Source: Candidatus Omnitrophota bacterium (GTDB lineage: Bacteria; Omnitrophota; Omnitrophia; Omnitrophales; JACROU01). Taken from it: a stretch of 64,000 nt of DNA. This document shows, in pieces, positions 30,722 to 40,654 of the stretch. The stretch lies in the NCBI GenBank assembly GCA_029261035.1, contig JAJDCD010000006.1, positions 1,086-65,085 of the forward strand, read 5' to 3'. The position numbers and the translations under genes were made by a program. Positions within the stretch are counted from its first letter, which is position 1. Every line of letters starts with the position of its first letter. Under the pieces are notes generated by a model. It was not told the DNA's origin. It saw only the letters and a list, made by a program, of their open reading frames with translations, and did not search any database.

Positions 30722-30761
30722 AATGGTACGAAATTCTACATAGAGTTCGTGCCATTTTTTT
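30722..30761 (+). terminator. intrinsic terminator downstream of spoVG
   Basis: 11-bp stem (aatggtacgaa / ttcgtgccatt, one G-U pair), 13-nt loop, then TTTTTTT. Confidence 0.6.
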
Positions 30762-30792
30762 GTCTTTATTATTAAAATCTTTTATTTGATTT

Positions 30793-30866
30793 TGCCCGAT
30801 GGTGTAACGGTAACACACCGCCCTTTGGAGGCGTGATTCGAGGTTCGAATCCTCGTCGGGCAGCCA
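30793..30866 (+). tRNA. tRNA-Gln (anticodon UUG)
   Basis: Cloverleaf folded by hand. 7-bp acceptor stem with U1-A72, G73 discriminator and encoded CCA. T-loop TTCGAAT. Anticodon loop CUUUGGA. Confidence 0.8.
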
Positions 30867-30972
30867 TACACTACAAGAGGGTATGGCGAAGCCATATGAA
30901 GTAAAACTGGTATGAGCCCTGCACCCTTGTGGTACAGGGCCAAATAAAAACACTTCGAAAGTTGGGTTTGGA

Positions 30973-32256
30973 ATGGTTAAAAACAAACAAGAAAAATGCT
31001 CGTTTTGTGAACGAGACAAATCAGGTGACATTAAAAAGATTTTTGCAGGACCCAATGCCTATATTTGCGATGTCTGCGTTCGTATTTGTTTCGAAATTCT
31101 TCAAAAAGATAAAACGGTAAAGCAATCTCAGCTAAAAAGTAAAGCTGATGAGAAAGCTTTTGATGTTTCTAATTTTGTTGTTCCTAAGCCAAAAGATATT
31201 AAACGAAAATTAGATGATTTTATTATTGGCCAAGAGAGTGCTAAGAAACTCATCTCTGTAGCGGTTCATAATCATTATAAGAGAATTAAACACAAAGATA
31301 GCAATGATGATGTTCAGTTGGAAAAATCGAATATCCTATTTATTGGACCAACGGGTTCTGGAAAAACTTTAATGGCAAGAACGCTCGCAAAGTTATTGGA
31401 TGTTCCTTTGGCTATTTGTGACGCTACGGCTTTGACAGAGGCGGGGTATGTTGGTGAAGATGTTGAAAACGTGCTTTTAAGACTGTTGCAAGCTTCTAAC
31501 TTTGATGCTAAGAAAGCAGAGCTTGGAATTGTTTATATTGATGAAATTGATAAAGTTGCCAGAACCACGGATAATGTTTCTATTACCCGAGATGTTAGCG
31601 GTGAAGGGGTTCAGCAAGCACTTTTAAAATTATTAGAAGGAACTATTGCTAACATTCCCCCTCAAGGCGGGAGAAAGCATCCTCAGCAAGAGTATATCCA
31701 AGTGGATACAACCAATATTCTATTTATTTGTGGAGGAACATTCGCACATTTAGAAAATTTAATTGAAAGACGAATTTCTAATAAATCTATGGGGTTTGGG
31801 GCTGAAGTAAAGTCTAAATCTAAAAAGAAAATTGGTGAAATTCTCTCTAAAGTGGAAACGGAAGATCTTTTGAAATTTGGGTTTATTCCAGAATTTGTTG
31901 GACGCTTTGGTGCAATGACTACTTTGGATGGTTTAGGGGAAGAAGATTTAGTTCGAGTTTTAACAGAACCTAAAAATGCGCTATTAAAACAGTACTCAAA
32001 GTTTCTTAAACTTGAAAATGTGAAGTTAGTATTTGAGGACGACGCTTTAAAAGAAGTTGCAAAGAGAGCTATTAAGAAGAAAACCGGAGCAAGAGCTTTG
32101 CGGATGATTTTGGAAGAGTTGATGTTGGAAGTGATGTATGAAATTCCCTCAGATGAAAACATCGAAGAATGTATTATTACTCGTGCAGTTGTTCAGAAAA
32201 AAGAATCCCCTATTTTAATTCGTAAAGTAGTAGATAGGGAGGTTTCTGCAGCCTAA
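30973..32256 (+). CDS. clpX: ATP-dependent Clp protease ATP-binding subunit ClpX
   Basis: N-terminal C4 zinc-binding domain (CSFC...CDVC), Walker A GPTGSGKT, 427 aa. Confidence 0.95.
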   Translation: MVKNKQEKCSFCERDKSGDIKKIFAGPNAYICDVCVRICFEILQKDKTVKQSQLKSKADEKAFDVSNFVVPKPKDIKRKLDDFIIGQESAKKLISVAVHNHYKRIKHKDSNDDVQLEKSNILFIGPTGSGKTLMARTLAKLLDVPLAICDATALTEAGYVGEDVENVLLRLLQASNFDAKKAELGIVYIDEIDKVARTTDNVSITRDVSGEGVQQALLKLLEGTIANIPPQGGRKHPQQEYIQVDTTNILFICGGTFAHLENLIERRISNKSMGFGAEVKSKSKKKIGEILSKVETEDLLKFGFIPEFVGRFGAMTTLDGLGEEDLVRVLTEPKNALLKQYSKFLKLENVKLVFEDDALKEVAKRAIKKKTGARALRMILEELMLEVMYEIPSDENIEECIITRAVVQKKESPILIRKVVDREVSAA

Positions 32257-33227
32257 TGAATAATACTGAAACATTACCTAAAGCAAAAGATGGGATAACA
32301 AGACAAAAAATAAAACGTAGTAAAATTGAAATGAAAAATGCTTCAAAAGAAGCTGTTGCGGCATATTTGTTTTTAATGCCCAATTTTTTAGGCTTCTTAG
32401 TTTTCACGTCTTTACCCGTAGTTTTTTCATTTCTTTTAGGGTTTGTTCAGTGGGATTTGTTGTCCGCGCCAATATGGGTAGGTTTTGAAAACTACATCCA
32501 GCTTTTTAAAGACCCCTACTTTTGGAAATATTCTTGGAATACACTTTTTATGATGTTAGGTATTCCGATTGGAATGATGGGATCTTTGCTCTTAGCTTTA
32601 GCTATGAATCAAAAGATTAAGGGAATTGTTTTTTTTAGAACTGTTTATTTTTTACCCACCATTTGTTCTGGTGTAGCGATTTTTGTATTATGGCGGTTTA
32701 TTTACAATCCTGATTTTGGTTTATTTAATATGGTGATTGGAAAATTTGGAGATGTTGTAGGACTTCCTTTGGTGGGCCCAAACTGGTTAACAGACGAAAA
32801 ATGGGCAAAACCCGCTTTAATTATTATGGGGATTTGGCAAACTGTGGGTGGTCACAACATGATTTTATATCTTGCAGGGTTACAAGGCATCCCAAAGGAT
32901 TTGTATGAGGCTGCTTCAATTGATGGTGCTAATGGGTGGCAAAGGTTTTGGAATATCACCTGGCCGCATTTGTCTCCAACAACTTTTTTTATTGGTGTGA
33001 TGAGTTTGATTGGTGGTTTTCAATCCGGGTTTGATGCTGCATATGTAATGACGGGTGGAGGGCCGAATGGTTCTACCACTACGATTATGTATTATATTTT
33101 TAATAATGCGTTTCAATGGACTAATATGGGGTATGCAGCTGCTATTTCATGGGTCTTGTTTGCTATTATTTTTATTTTCACCATGTTTTATTGGAAAAGT
33201 GGTGAAAGATCTGTTCATTATATGTAG
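32256..33227 (+). CDS. ABC transporter permease (MalF/UgpA-like, carbohydrate-type)
   Basis: 6 predicted TM segments and EAA-loop motif AASIDGANGWQRFWNITWP. Confidence 0.8.
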   Translation: MNNTETLPKAKDGITRQKIKRSKIEMKNASKEAVAAYLFLMPNFLGFLVFTSLPVVFSFLLGFVQWDLLSAPIWVGFENYIQLFKDPYFWKYSWNTLFMMLGIPIGMMGSLLLALAMNQKIKGIVFFRTVYFLPTICSGVAIFVLWRFIYNPDFGLFNMVIGKFGDVVGLPLVGPNWLTDEKWAKPALIIMGIWQTVGGHNMILYLAGLQGIPKDLYEAASIDGANGWQRFWNITWPHLSPTTFFIGVMSLIGGFQSGFDAAYVMTGGGPNGSTTTIMYYIFNNAFQWTNMGYAAAISWVLFAIIFIFTMFYWKSGERSVHYM

Positions 33228-33238
33228 GGAATTGAAAT

Positions 33239-34120
33239 ATGTCTAAAATACAAACATTTGAAGAGAGCAAGAAGAAGAAGCAAAGGGAAGAAAACATCCG
33301 AAAAGCAATAAGTTATGTTGTTTTAGGGTTAGGGGCTATTTCTATGATTGCACCCTTTTTGTGGATGTTAACAACTTCTTTAAAAGAACCTGGAATGGTT
33401 TTTGAATCATTAAAAACCCATTGGTGGAAGGATTGGATCCCAACAACTTTTATTTGGGAGAATTATGTTAAAGCATGGGAAGTTGTTCCGTTTGCGCGAT
33501 TCTATATGAACTCTGTTTTTATTGCTTTGTGCACGACTTTTGGCCAAGTGTTTACGAGTGCGATGTCCGGTTACGCATTTTCCAGACTCTACTTCCCTGG
33601 TCGAACACAATTGTTTTTGGGTTATTTAGCTACGATGATGGTTCCACAAGCGGTTACGATTATCCCTGTATTTATTTTATTAAGAAAATTAGGGTGGGTG
33701 GATACTTATAAAGCTGTGATTCTACCTGGGATGTTCACGGCTTATGGAACGTTCATGTTGAGACAGTTTTTTATGAGTTTACCTAGAGATCTTGAGGACG
33801 CCGCTAAAATTGATGGATGTAATTATTTTGGAATTTTTTGGAAAATTATTTTACCTCTATCAAAACCTGCTTTGGCAACGTTAACAACATTTACATTTAT
33901 GGGTTCTTGGATGAGTTTTATGTGGCCTTTGATTGTTTTGACTTCCAAAGAAAAATTAACATTACCTGTTGGTTTGGCCTATTTTCAAAGTTTATACTCG
34001 ACAGACTGGACATTGTTGATGGCTGGTTCTATGATGGTTTTGTTGCCGGTATTACTTGTATTTATATTTTGTCAACGTTACTTTGTTGAGGGGATTAAGC
34101 TTTCAGGAATTAAGGGTTAG
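33239..34120 (+). CDS. ABC transporter permease (MalG/UgpE-like, carbohydrate-type)
   Basis: EAA-loop DLEDAAKIDGCNYFGIFWKIILP and 6 predicted TM segments. Confidence 0.8.
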   Translation: MSKIQTFEESKKKKQREENIRKAISYVVLGLGAISMIAPFLWMLTTSLKEPGMVFESLKTHWWKDWIPTTFIWENYVKAWEVVPFARFYMNSVFIALCTTFGQVFTSAMSGYAFSRLYFPGRTQLFLGYLATMMVPQAVTIIPVFILLRKLGWVDTYKAVILPGMFTAYGTFMLRQFFMSLPRDLEDAAKIDGCNYFGIFWKIILPLSKPALATLTTFTFMGSWMSFMWPLIVLTSKEKLTLPVGLAYFQSLYSTDWTLLMAGSMMVLLPVLLVFIFCQRYFVEGIKLSGIKG

Positions 34121-34136
34121 CTTAAATATAAAAAAT

Positions 34137-35423
34137 ATGCCTTTATTTTCTTTAGATGTTTTGATTTTGGCAGCAGGAAAAGGAACTCGGATGAAGTCCG
34201 AGTTGCCTAAGGTGTTACACCTTTTAGAAGGTAAAACATTAGTTGAGCATGTTTTAGATAGTTTGAGTTCTTTGAAAATAAATTCAAAAGTTATTGTTGT
34301 AGGACATGGGGGTTCTCAGGTTCAAAAACAATTAATTGCTGTAGATGATAAGATTAAGTTTGTTACTCAAGCAAAGCAGTTAGGAACGGCACATGCTGTT
34401 CAATGCGCTCATTCGAAGTTAAAAAACAAAGCGACTCATCTTTTGATTTTAGCTGGGGATGCGCCTTTTATACAGAAGGAAACACTCTGTAAATTTATTC
34501 AAAAGCATCAGCAAGAAAAAGCAGATGTAAGTATTTTGACGTCGTTGTTTTCGGACCCGAAAGGCTATGGAAGAATTGTTCGTAACATAAAAAAACAAGT
34601 AGTTGCTATTAGAGAAGAGCTGGATGCGTCTAGTAAAGAAAAAAGAATCAAAGAAATTAATTCTGGAATTTATCTTTTTAATAAAAAAGCACTATTTACA
34701 GCCTTAAAAAAAGTGAGTTCGAATAATAAGAAAAAAGAATATTATTTAACAGATACGATCCAGATAATGATGGATCAACAAAAAAGAATTTCTGCCTTTA
34801 ATTTAGCTTTAGAAGATGAAGTAATGGGCATTAATTCCAGAACAGATCTGGTTATGGGATATAAAAATCAGAATCAAAAAACAATTGAGAAATTATTAAA
34901 ACAAGGAGTTACTGTTGTTTCTCCTGAAAATACTTTTATTGCTAAAGATGTAAAAGTTGGCAAAGATACAGTGATTTATCCTTTTACCTATATTGAAAGC
35001 GGGGTAAAGATTGGGAAGAAATGTCATGTAGGACCTTTTGCAAGATTGAGAGAAAAAACAAATATTAGTGACTTAGCTCAGGTTGGTAGTTATGTGGAGA
35101 TAGTTCGTTCGGATATAGGGAAGAAAACTATGGTGAAGCATTTAAGCTATATTGGAGATGCTTCTATTGGCAATAACGTTAATATTGGAGCTGGAACTAT
35201 TACTGCAAATTACGATGGAAAGAAAAAACATAAAACGCAAGTGCAGGATGGAGCCTTTATTGGCTCGAACACAGTTTTGGTTTCCCCAGTAAAGGTGGGT
35301 AAGGGTGCCAAAACTGGTGCTGGATCCGTTGTGTTAAAAAATAGAGATATACCCAAGGGGGCTGTTGCATTTGGAGTTCCAGCTAAAAATTTTAAGAATA
35401 GTAAAAGAAATAAGGGTAAATAA
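34137..35423 (+). CDS. glmU: bifunctional UDP-N-acetylglucosamine pyrophosphorylase / glucosamine-1-phosphate N-acetyltransferase
   Basis: N-terminal LILAAGKGTRMKS and C-terminal left-handed beta-helix hexapeptide repeats. The longer ORF from 34056 would overlap the permease gene. Confidence 0.88.
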   Translation: MPLFSLDVLILAAGKGTRMKSELPKVLHLLEGKTLVEHVLDSLSSLKINSKVIVVGHGGSQVQKQLIAVDDKIKFVTQAKQLGTAHAVQCAHSKLKNKATHLLILAGDAPFIQKETLCKFIQKHQQEKADVSILTSLFSDPKGYGRIVRNIKKQVVAIREELDASSKEKRIKEINSGIYLFNKKALFTALKKVSSNNKKKEYYLTDTIQIMMDQQKRISAFNLALEDEVMGINSRTDLVMGYKNQNQKTIEKLLKQGVTVVSPENTFIAKDVKVGKDTVIYPFTYIESGVKIGKKCHVGPFARLREKTNISDLAQVGSYVEIVRSDIGKKTMVKHLSYIGDASIGNNVNIGAGTITANYDGKKKHKTQVQDGAFIGSNTVLVSPVKVGKGAKTGAGSVVLKNRDIPKGAVAFGVPAKNFKNSKRNKGK

Positions 35424-35425
35424 GA

Positions 35426-36379
35426 ATGAAAAAAATATCAGTAATAGCAGGTAATTCAAATTTAAAGTTGGCAAAAGATATATGTGAACATTTAAAAGTT
35501 TCTGTTGGTCAGACTATATGTGAAAGTTTCCCCGGCGGTGAAATTCATGTCCAAATCAAAGAAAATATTCGTGGACAGGATGTTTTTATTGTTCAGCCGA
35601 CATGTTATCCACCCAATGACAGTATGATGGAATTGTTTTTGCTTATTGATGCTGCTAGAAGGGCATCTGCAGCTCGTATTACTGCAGTGGTTCCTTATTA
35701 TGGATATGCCAGACAAGATCGTAAGGATAGACCTCGTGTTCCTATTTCAGCGAAATTAGTTGCTAACTTAATAAGTACAGCGGGAGCAGACAGAATTTTG
35801 ACCATGGATTTACATGCGGGGCAAATTCAAGGGTTTTTTGATATTCCTGTAGATCATTTATATTCGATTAATGTACTAACTTCTTATTTCAAAAAGAAGA
35901 AAATTAAAGATTTGATTGTCGTCTCTCCCGATGTGGGTGGTATTAAAATGGCTAGAGCTTATTCAAAAGTATTAAACTCTCCTTTTGCTATTGTGGATAA
36001 GCAAAGACAGAGTGCGAAAAAGACAAAAGTAATGAACGTGATAGGAGATATTAAAGATAAAAATGTTGTTATTGTGGATGATTTAATTTCTACGGGAGGT
36101 TCTTTGGTTGAAGCGGCTAATGCTTTAAGAGCCAATGGAGCTAAAGATGTATATGCAGCAATTGTACATCCTGTTTTGGCAGACCCTGCTGTAGAACGAA
36201 TAAAGAAATCAATTCTTAAAGAAGTTATTGTAACTGACTCGATTCCGATTCCTAAAAATAGGAAAACGTCGAAAATTAAAGTGTTGTCAGTTGCGCCACT
36301 TCTTGCTGAGACTATCCGAAGAATTCATCAGAATAGATCTGTAAGTTCTTTGTTTGCTCGAGCTGGAGTTGAAGCGTAG
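35426..36379 (+). CDS. prs: ribose-phosphate pyrophosphokinase
   Basis: PRPP synthetase motifs DLHAGQIQGFF and VDDLISTGGS. Confidence 0.93.
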   Translation: MKKISVIAGNSNLKLAKDICEHLKVSVGQTICESFPGGEIHVQIKENIRGQDVFIVQPTCYPPNDSMMELFLLIDAARRASAARITAVVPYYGYARQDRKDRPRVPISAKLVANLISTAGADRILTMDLHAGQIQGFFDIPVDHLYSINVLTSYFKKKKIKDLIVVSPDVGGIKMARAYSKVLNSPFAIVDKQRQSAKKTKVMNVIGDIKDKNVVIVDDLISTGGSLVEAANALRANGAKDVYAAIVHPVLADPAVERIKKSILKEVIVTDSIPIPKNRKTSKIKVLSVAPLLAETIRRIHQNRSVSSLFARAGVEA

Positions 36380-36437
36380 ACGGAATTGTGAAGATGAACA
36401 CCTTCACTAAAAATATAGAAAAAGGGGATAACGAACA

Positions 36438-37115
36438 ATGCAAAAGTTAAATTTAAAAGCAGTAAAAAGAGAGAAGACAGGAAAGCAATACGCGAAGGAG
36501 ATTAGAAAAAGAAAAATGATTCCTGGAGTTGTCTACGGGAAAAATCTAGAACCCATTTCGCTTGAGGTTAACGCTAAAGATTTAGAGACACTTTTAAAGA
36601 CAGGATCAGGTGAGAACGCTCTTATTAACTTGTCTATTGAAGGTGAGTCTAAGAATGCTGAAAACACTGTCTTGATTCATGACTTACAAATGCATCCTGT
36701 TCAGGACTTTGTGGAGCATGTCGATTTTCATGTAATCTCTTTAAGTGAGAAAATTCACGTTAAAGTTCCTGTTCATGAAAAAGGAGAAGCTCCTGGTGTT
36801 AAAGAGGGTGGTGTTTTGGATCACAGTCACCGTGAACTTGAAGTTGAATGTTTGCCTACTGAAATTCCAGAACGAATTGATGTAAGTATAGAAGGTTTAA
36901 AAATCGGTGATGGGGTTCATGTAAAAGACATTACATTTCCATCTGGAGTTAACTGTCTGTTGGATCCGGATGAAGTGATATTAACTATTTTAGCGCCACG
37001 TGTAGAAGAAGTTGCTGAAGTAGAAGAAGAACAACCTGAAACTCCTGAACTGATTAGAAAAGAAAAAGAAGAAGGTTCTGAAGGAGAGGGTGCTGCTCCG
37101 ACTGAGAGTAAGTAA
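36438..37115 (+). CDS. rplY: 50S ribosomal protein L25 / general stress protein Ctc (long form)
   Basis: 225 aa, L25/Ctc N-terminal domain, acidic C-terminus. Confidence 0.85.
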   Translation: MQKLNLKAVKREKTGKQYAKEIRKRKMIPGVVYGKNLEPISLEVNAKDLETLLKTGSGENALINLSIEGESKNAENTVLIHDLQMHPVQDFVEHVDFHVISLSEKIHVKVPVHEKGEAPGVKEGGVLDHSHRELEVECLPTEIPERIDVSIEGLKIGDGVHVKDITFPSGVNCLLDPDEVILTILAPRVEEVAEVEEEQPETPELIRKEKEEGSEGEGAAPTESK

Positions 37116-37133
37116 TTATTGGAGCTCCTAAAA

Positions 37134-37694
37134 ATGAAGCTAATTTTAGGCTTAGGTAATCCTGGTGAGAGATATCAAAACACACGGCACAACATAGGTG
37201 TTTTGGTTCTTCAATCTTTGCTTCGAGAGCTTTCTTTGTCTTGGAGTAAAAAAGGAAAGATTTACTCTGCAATTTCTAATACAGATGGAGTTGAATTTGC
37301 TTTGATTAAGACAAGCTACTTTATGAACGAGTCTGGAAAATGTTTACCTCGGTTGTTTCGCGATTTTAATGTAGAAGATTTGCAAGATATCATGGTGCTT
37401 GTTGATGATGTTTACTTACCACTAGGAAAAGTTAGATATAGAACTCAGGGATCCTCTGGAGGACATAATGGGTTGTTGTCTTTAGAGGAACAGTTGAACT
37501 CAACAGAGTTTCCTCGGCTTCGATTAGGTGTCGGAGGGCCTGAAGATAGTTCGGGCCTGAAGGATTATGTTTTGGACGAATTTTTGTCTGAAGATGTTCC
37601 TCTATTAGAGGGGGTAGTAGAGAAAGCTTCCCAATGTGTTTTGAGTTGGGCTTCTGGAGCTCCGTCAGAGGAGATTATGCAGAAATTTAATTAA
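37134..37694 (+). CDS. pth: peptidyl-tRNA hydrolase
   Basis: Begins MKLILGLGNPGERYQNTRHNIGV, the Pth signature. The ORF-track start at 37119 is a TTG; the ATG at 37134 is preferred. Confidence 0.9.
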   Translation: MKLILGLGNPGERYQNTRHNIGVLVLQSLLRELSLSWSKKGKIYSAISNTDGVEFALIKTSYFMNESGKCLPRLFRDFNVEDLQDIMVLVDDVYLPLGKVRYRTQGSSGGHNGLLSLEEQLNSTEFPRLRLGVGGPEDSSGLKDYVLDEFLSEDVPLLEGVVEKASQCVLSWASGAPSEEIMQKFN

Positions 37695-37791
37695 GATTAT
37701 GAGTTTATTGAAAATATTGGTTTTTTTACAATTGTTATGATATATTACACTGCTCAATTGCAGACAGATTAGAAATATTAAGGAGATAGAT

Positions 37792-38118
37792 ATGCGTGCT
37801 TATGAAAGTATTTTGATTTTAGAATCTAATTTAAATGAAGAACAAGTTTCTGAAAATTTTAAAAAAATAGAAGCAATTTTGACTAAATATGAAGCGAAAT
37901 TTGAAAAGAAAATTGATTTAGGTAAAAGAGCTCTAGGTTTTATGATGGATAAGAAGACAGATGGTCTTTTCTTTCGCTGTGAATTTTCTGCAGCACCTGA
38001 AAAGGTTAAAGATTTGCATTTTGCTTTTAAATTAGCGGATTATATTTTGCATTTTACTATTTTCACAAAAAACAAAGACGTAAACCCTGTTAAAGAAACT
38101 CAAAAAACAAGCGTATAA
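37792..38118 (+). CDS. rpsF: 30S ribosomal protein S6
   Basis: Begins MRAYESILILESNLNEEQ. Positioned upstream of ssb. Confidence 0.85.
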   Translation: MRAYESILILESNLNEEQVSENFKKIEAILTKYEAKFEKKIDLGKRALGFMMDKKTDGLFFRCEFSAAPEKVKDLHFAFKLADYILHFTIFTKNKDVNPVKETQKTSV

Positions 38119-38132
38119 TAAGGAGAAGAGGC

Positions 38133-38603
38133 ATGGCTGCAAGTTTAAATAAAGTACTTTTAATTGGAAACTTAACTCGTGATCCAGAAATGAAGTATTT
38201 GCCATCAGGACAAGCTGTAACTACATTTACAATCGCCTTAAATAGAACGTATCAAACGCAACAAGGTGAAAAGAAAGAAGAAGTTACTTTTATTCGTATC
38301 GTGACTTGGGCAAAAAGAGCAGAGCTTTGTAATCAATATTTGCAAAAGGGAAGTTCGGTGTGTGTTGAAGGAAGACTTCAAACCCGTTCTTGGGAAGCTC
38401 AAGATGGTTCTAAACGAAATACGGTTGAAGTTGTAGCGATTAATGTCCAGTTTTTAAGTCGAGCTCAAAAAGGTGGAGAGTCAGCGTCGGGCGTTCAAGA
38501 CAAAGAATCTATTATTCAAGATTCGTTTGGTGAAGGGGAGCCAGTTAAAGGGCTTTCTGTTGCTGAGGGCGAATTAAGTCCAGACGAAGAAGTTCCATTC
38601 TAA
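38133..38603 (+). CDS. ssb: single-stranded DNA-binding protein
   Basis: OB-fold N-terminus and an acidic C-terminal tip ...DEEVPF. Confidence 0.92.
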   Translation: MAASLNKVLLIGNLTRDPEMKYLPSGQAVTTFTIALNRTYQTQQGEKKEEVTFIRIVTWAKRAELCNQYLQKGSSVCVEGRLQTRSWEAQDGSKRNTVEVVAINVQFLSRAQKGGESASGVQDKESIIQDSFGEGEPVKGLSVAEGELSPDEEVPF

Positions 38604-38628
38604 AATTTGATTAGAAAGAGGGAGAGTT

Positions 38629-39072
38629 ATGGAAGTATTATTAGCGCAAAAAGTTGAAAAATTAGGTAAGGAAGGTGATGTTGTTAAAGTAAAGGACGGG
38701 TATGCAAGAAATTACCTTCTGCCAAAAAAACTAGCTTTAGCGATCACTAAAGGAACTCGTAAGCAGGTTGATGAACAAAGAAAGCATTTGGTTCTATCTT
38801 TGGAACGTCAGGAGAAAAAAGCAAAGGAAATTAAAGTTAAAATAGAAAGTACTTCTTTGACAATTAAAGTGAAGGCTGGAGAAAATAATAAAATATTTGG
38901 CTCAGTCACTAATTTGCTTATCCAAAAAGAACTTGTAGAACAAGGGATTAAAATTGATAAGAAGAAGATTTTTGTAGAAGAACCAATACAGAGTTTAGGT
39001 AGCTATGAAATTCCAGTTAAATTAACAGCGGATATTGAAGCAATTCTTCAAGTTGCTGTTGTTAAGTCCTAA
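38629..39072 (+). CDS. rplI: 50S ribosomal protein L9
   Basis: Begins MEVLLAQKVEKLGKEGDVVKVKDGYARNYLLP, as L9 does. Confidence 0.93.
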   Translation: MEVLLAQKVEKLGKEGDVVKVKDGYARNYLLPKKLALAITKGTRKQVDEQRKHLVLSLERQEKKAKEIKVKIESTSLTIKVKAGENNKIFGSVTNLLIQKELVEQGIKIDKKKIFVEEPIQSLGSYEIPVKLTADIEAILQVAVVKS

Positions 39073-39127
39073 CGTTGTTAAAAAGTTCTATTTTTAAAAT
39101 ACAGATTACTTTCTAAGATTTCTGTCT

Positions 39128-40504
39128 ATGTCGCCAACTAAAAATTCACCCAACCTTATTGAGAAAACACCCCCACATAATTTAGATGCAGAAATTAGTG
39201 TGCTAGGGGCTATTCTATCGGATGATCAAGCCGCTCCCAGAGCTTTGGAGTTGTTGCGATCTTCCCACTTCTATTCAACAGCTCATCAACTTATTTATGA
39301 ATCTATTTGCCGTCTATTTGATAAAAATATTCCGATTGAGTTAGTTACACTTTCAGATGATTTAGATAAATCGTCTGACTTAGATAAAGTAGGGGGGCGA
39401 AGCTATTTAGCCCATTTATCTTCCAGTGTAGCGACTTCGGCCCATATTGAGCATTATGCCAAAATGGTAAAAGAGAAAGCTATTTTAAGAAGCTTAATTA
39501 ATACGGCCACAGAGATTGTTCAAGAAGGTTCGGAATCTGGTGTTGATGTAAATATTCTATTGGATCAAGCAGAGCAAAAGATATTTGATATTGGTCAAAA
39601 TAAAATCGAATCCAAATTTATTTCTATGTCAGAAATTATTAAGGACAGCATTGAAACTATTGATCAACTTTATCAGAGAAAAGAGCATGTAACGGGTGTT
39701 GCTACAGGGTTTCACGAATTTGATTCTAAAACAGCAGGCCTTCAACCTTCCGATCTTGTAATCATTGCGGGACGTCCTTCGATGGGTAAGTCTGCCTTTG
39801 TGACTTGTTTGTGTGAGCACGTTGGTATTAAAGACAAAAAAGGAGTTGCTGTATTTTCTTTGGAAATGAGTAAAGAGTCTCTCGTGCAAAGAATGCTGTG
39901 TTCCCATGCTCGAGTAGACGCTCAAAAAGTGAGGACAGGTTACTTATCTCATCAAGATTGGCCAAAACTTACGAGTGCGGCAGGAAAATTGTCTGAAGCG
40001 CCTATTTATATAGATGACACCCCCGGTTTAACCGTGTTGGAGCTGCGAGCTAAAGCAAGACGTCTTAAATCTCAAAAAGATATCCAACTTATTGTGATTG
40101 ACTATTTACAGTTAATGCAAGGAAGTAATCGTGAAAATCGTCAGCAAGAAATTTCAGATATTTCTCGATCTCTTAAGGCATTAGCTCGTGAGTTGAGAGT
40201 GCCAGTTATTGCAATTAGTCAGTTATCTCGTGCTGTCGAGAGTCGTACGGGAAATAGGCCAATGCTTTCGGATTTAAGGGAATCTGGAGCTATTGAGCAA
40301 GATGCAGATTTGGTCGTTTTTTTATTTCGAGAAGAATACTATACCCCTACAGAAGAGAACAAAAATAGGGCGGAAGCAATTATTGCAAAGCAAAGAAATG
40401 GTCCTATTGGGACGGTGGATTTACTCTTCTTGAAGGATTGGACTCGGTTTGAAAACCCTGATTTTAATCATGCTGAAAACGTTGAAGATCAAGGGTATGT
40501 CTAA
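39128..40504 (+). CDS. dnaB: replicative DNA helicase DnaB
   Basis: Walker A GRPSMGKSAF, Walker B LIVIDYLQL and a DnaB N-terminal domain. 458 aa, no intein. Confidence 0.95.
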   Translation: MSPTKNSPNLIEKTPPHNLDAEISVLGAILSDDQAAPRALELLRSSHFYSTAHQLIYESICRLFDKNIPIELVTLSDDLDKSSDLDKVGGRSYLAHLSSSVATSAHIEHYAKMVKEKAILRSLINTATEIVQEGSESGVDVNILLDQAEQKIFDIGQNKIESKFISMSEIIKDSIETIDQLYQRKEHVTGVATGFHEFDSKTAGLQPSDLVIIAGRPSMGKSAFVTCLCEHVGIKDKKGVAVFSLEMSKESLVQRMLCSHARVDAQKVRTGYLSHQDWPKLTSAAGKLSEAPIYIDDTPGLTVLELRAKARRLKSQKDIQLIVIDYLQLMQGSNRENRQQEISDISRSLKALARELRVPVIAISQLSRAVESRTGNRPMLSDLRESGAIEQDADLVVFLFREEYYTPTEENKNRAEAIIAKQRNGPIGTVDLLFLKDWTRFENPDFNHAENVEDQGYV

Positions 40505-40564
40505 GGCCTTACTACCCTTAGAGTTACTAAAAAATTAGCTCCGTAAAATAATCTCTCAATAGGG

Positions 40565-40593
40565 TTTACACTCCTTCGCCTATTGTGTATCAT
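40565..40593 (+). promoter_or_regulatory. sigma-70-type promoter: TTTACA, 17-nt spacer, TATCAT
   Basis: Hexamers with 17-nt spacing, ~60 nt upstream of the bamA start. Confidence 0.5.
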
Positions 40594-40654
40594 ACACTCT
40601 TATTTTGTTTAAATTATTTGAAACCAAGGGTATCTATAACGATCTGAGTTACTT

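Noticed and set aside
30696-31055. 119-aa minus-strand ORF spanning the tRNA-Gln gene and the clpX start
   Set aside because: It overlaps a well-folded tRNA and the clpX zinc-finger coding region, so it is spurious.
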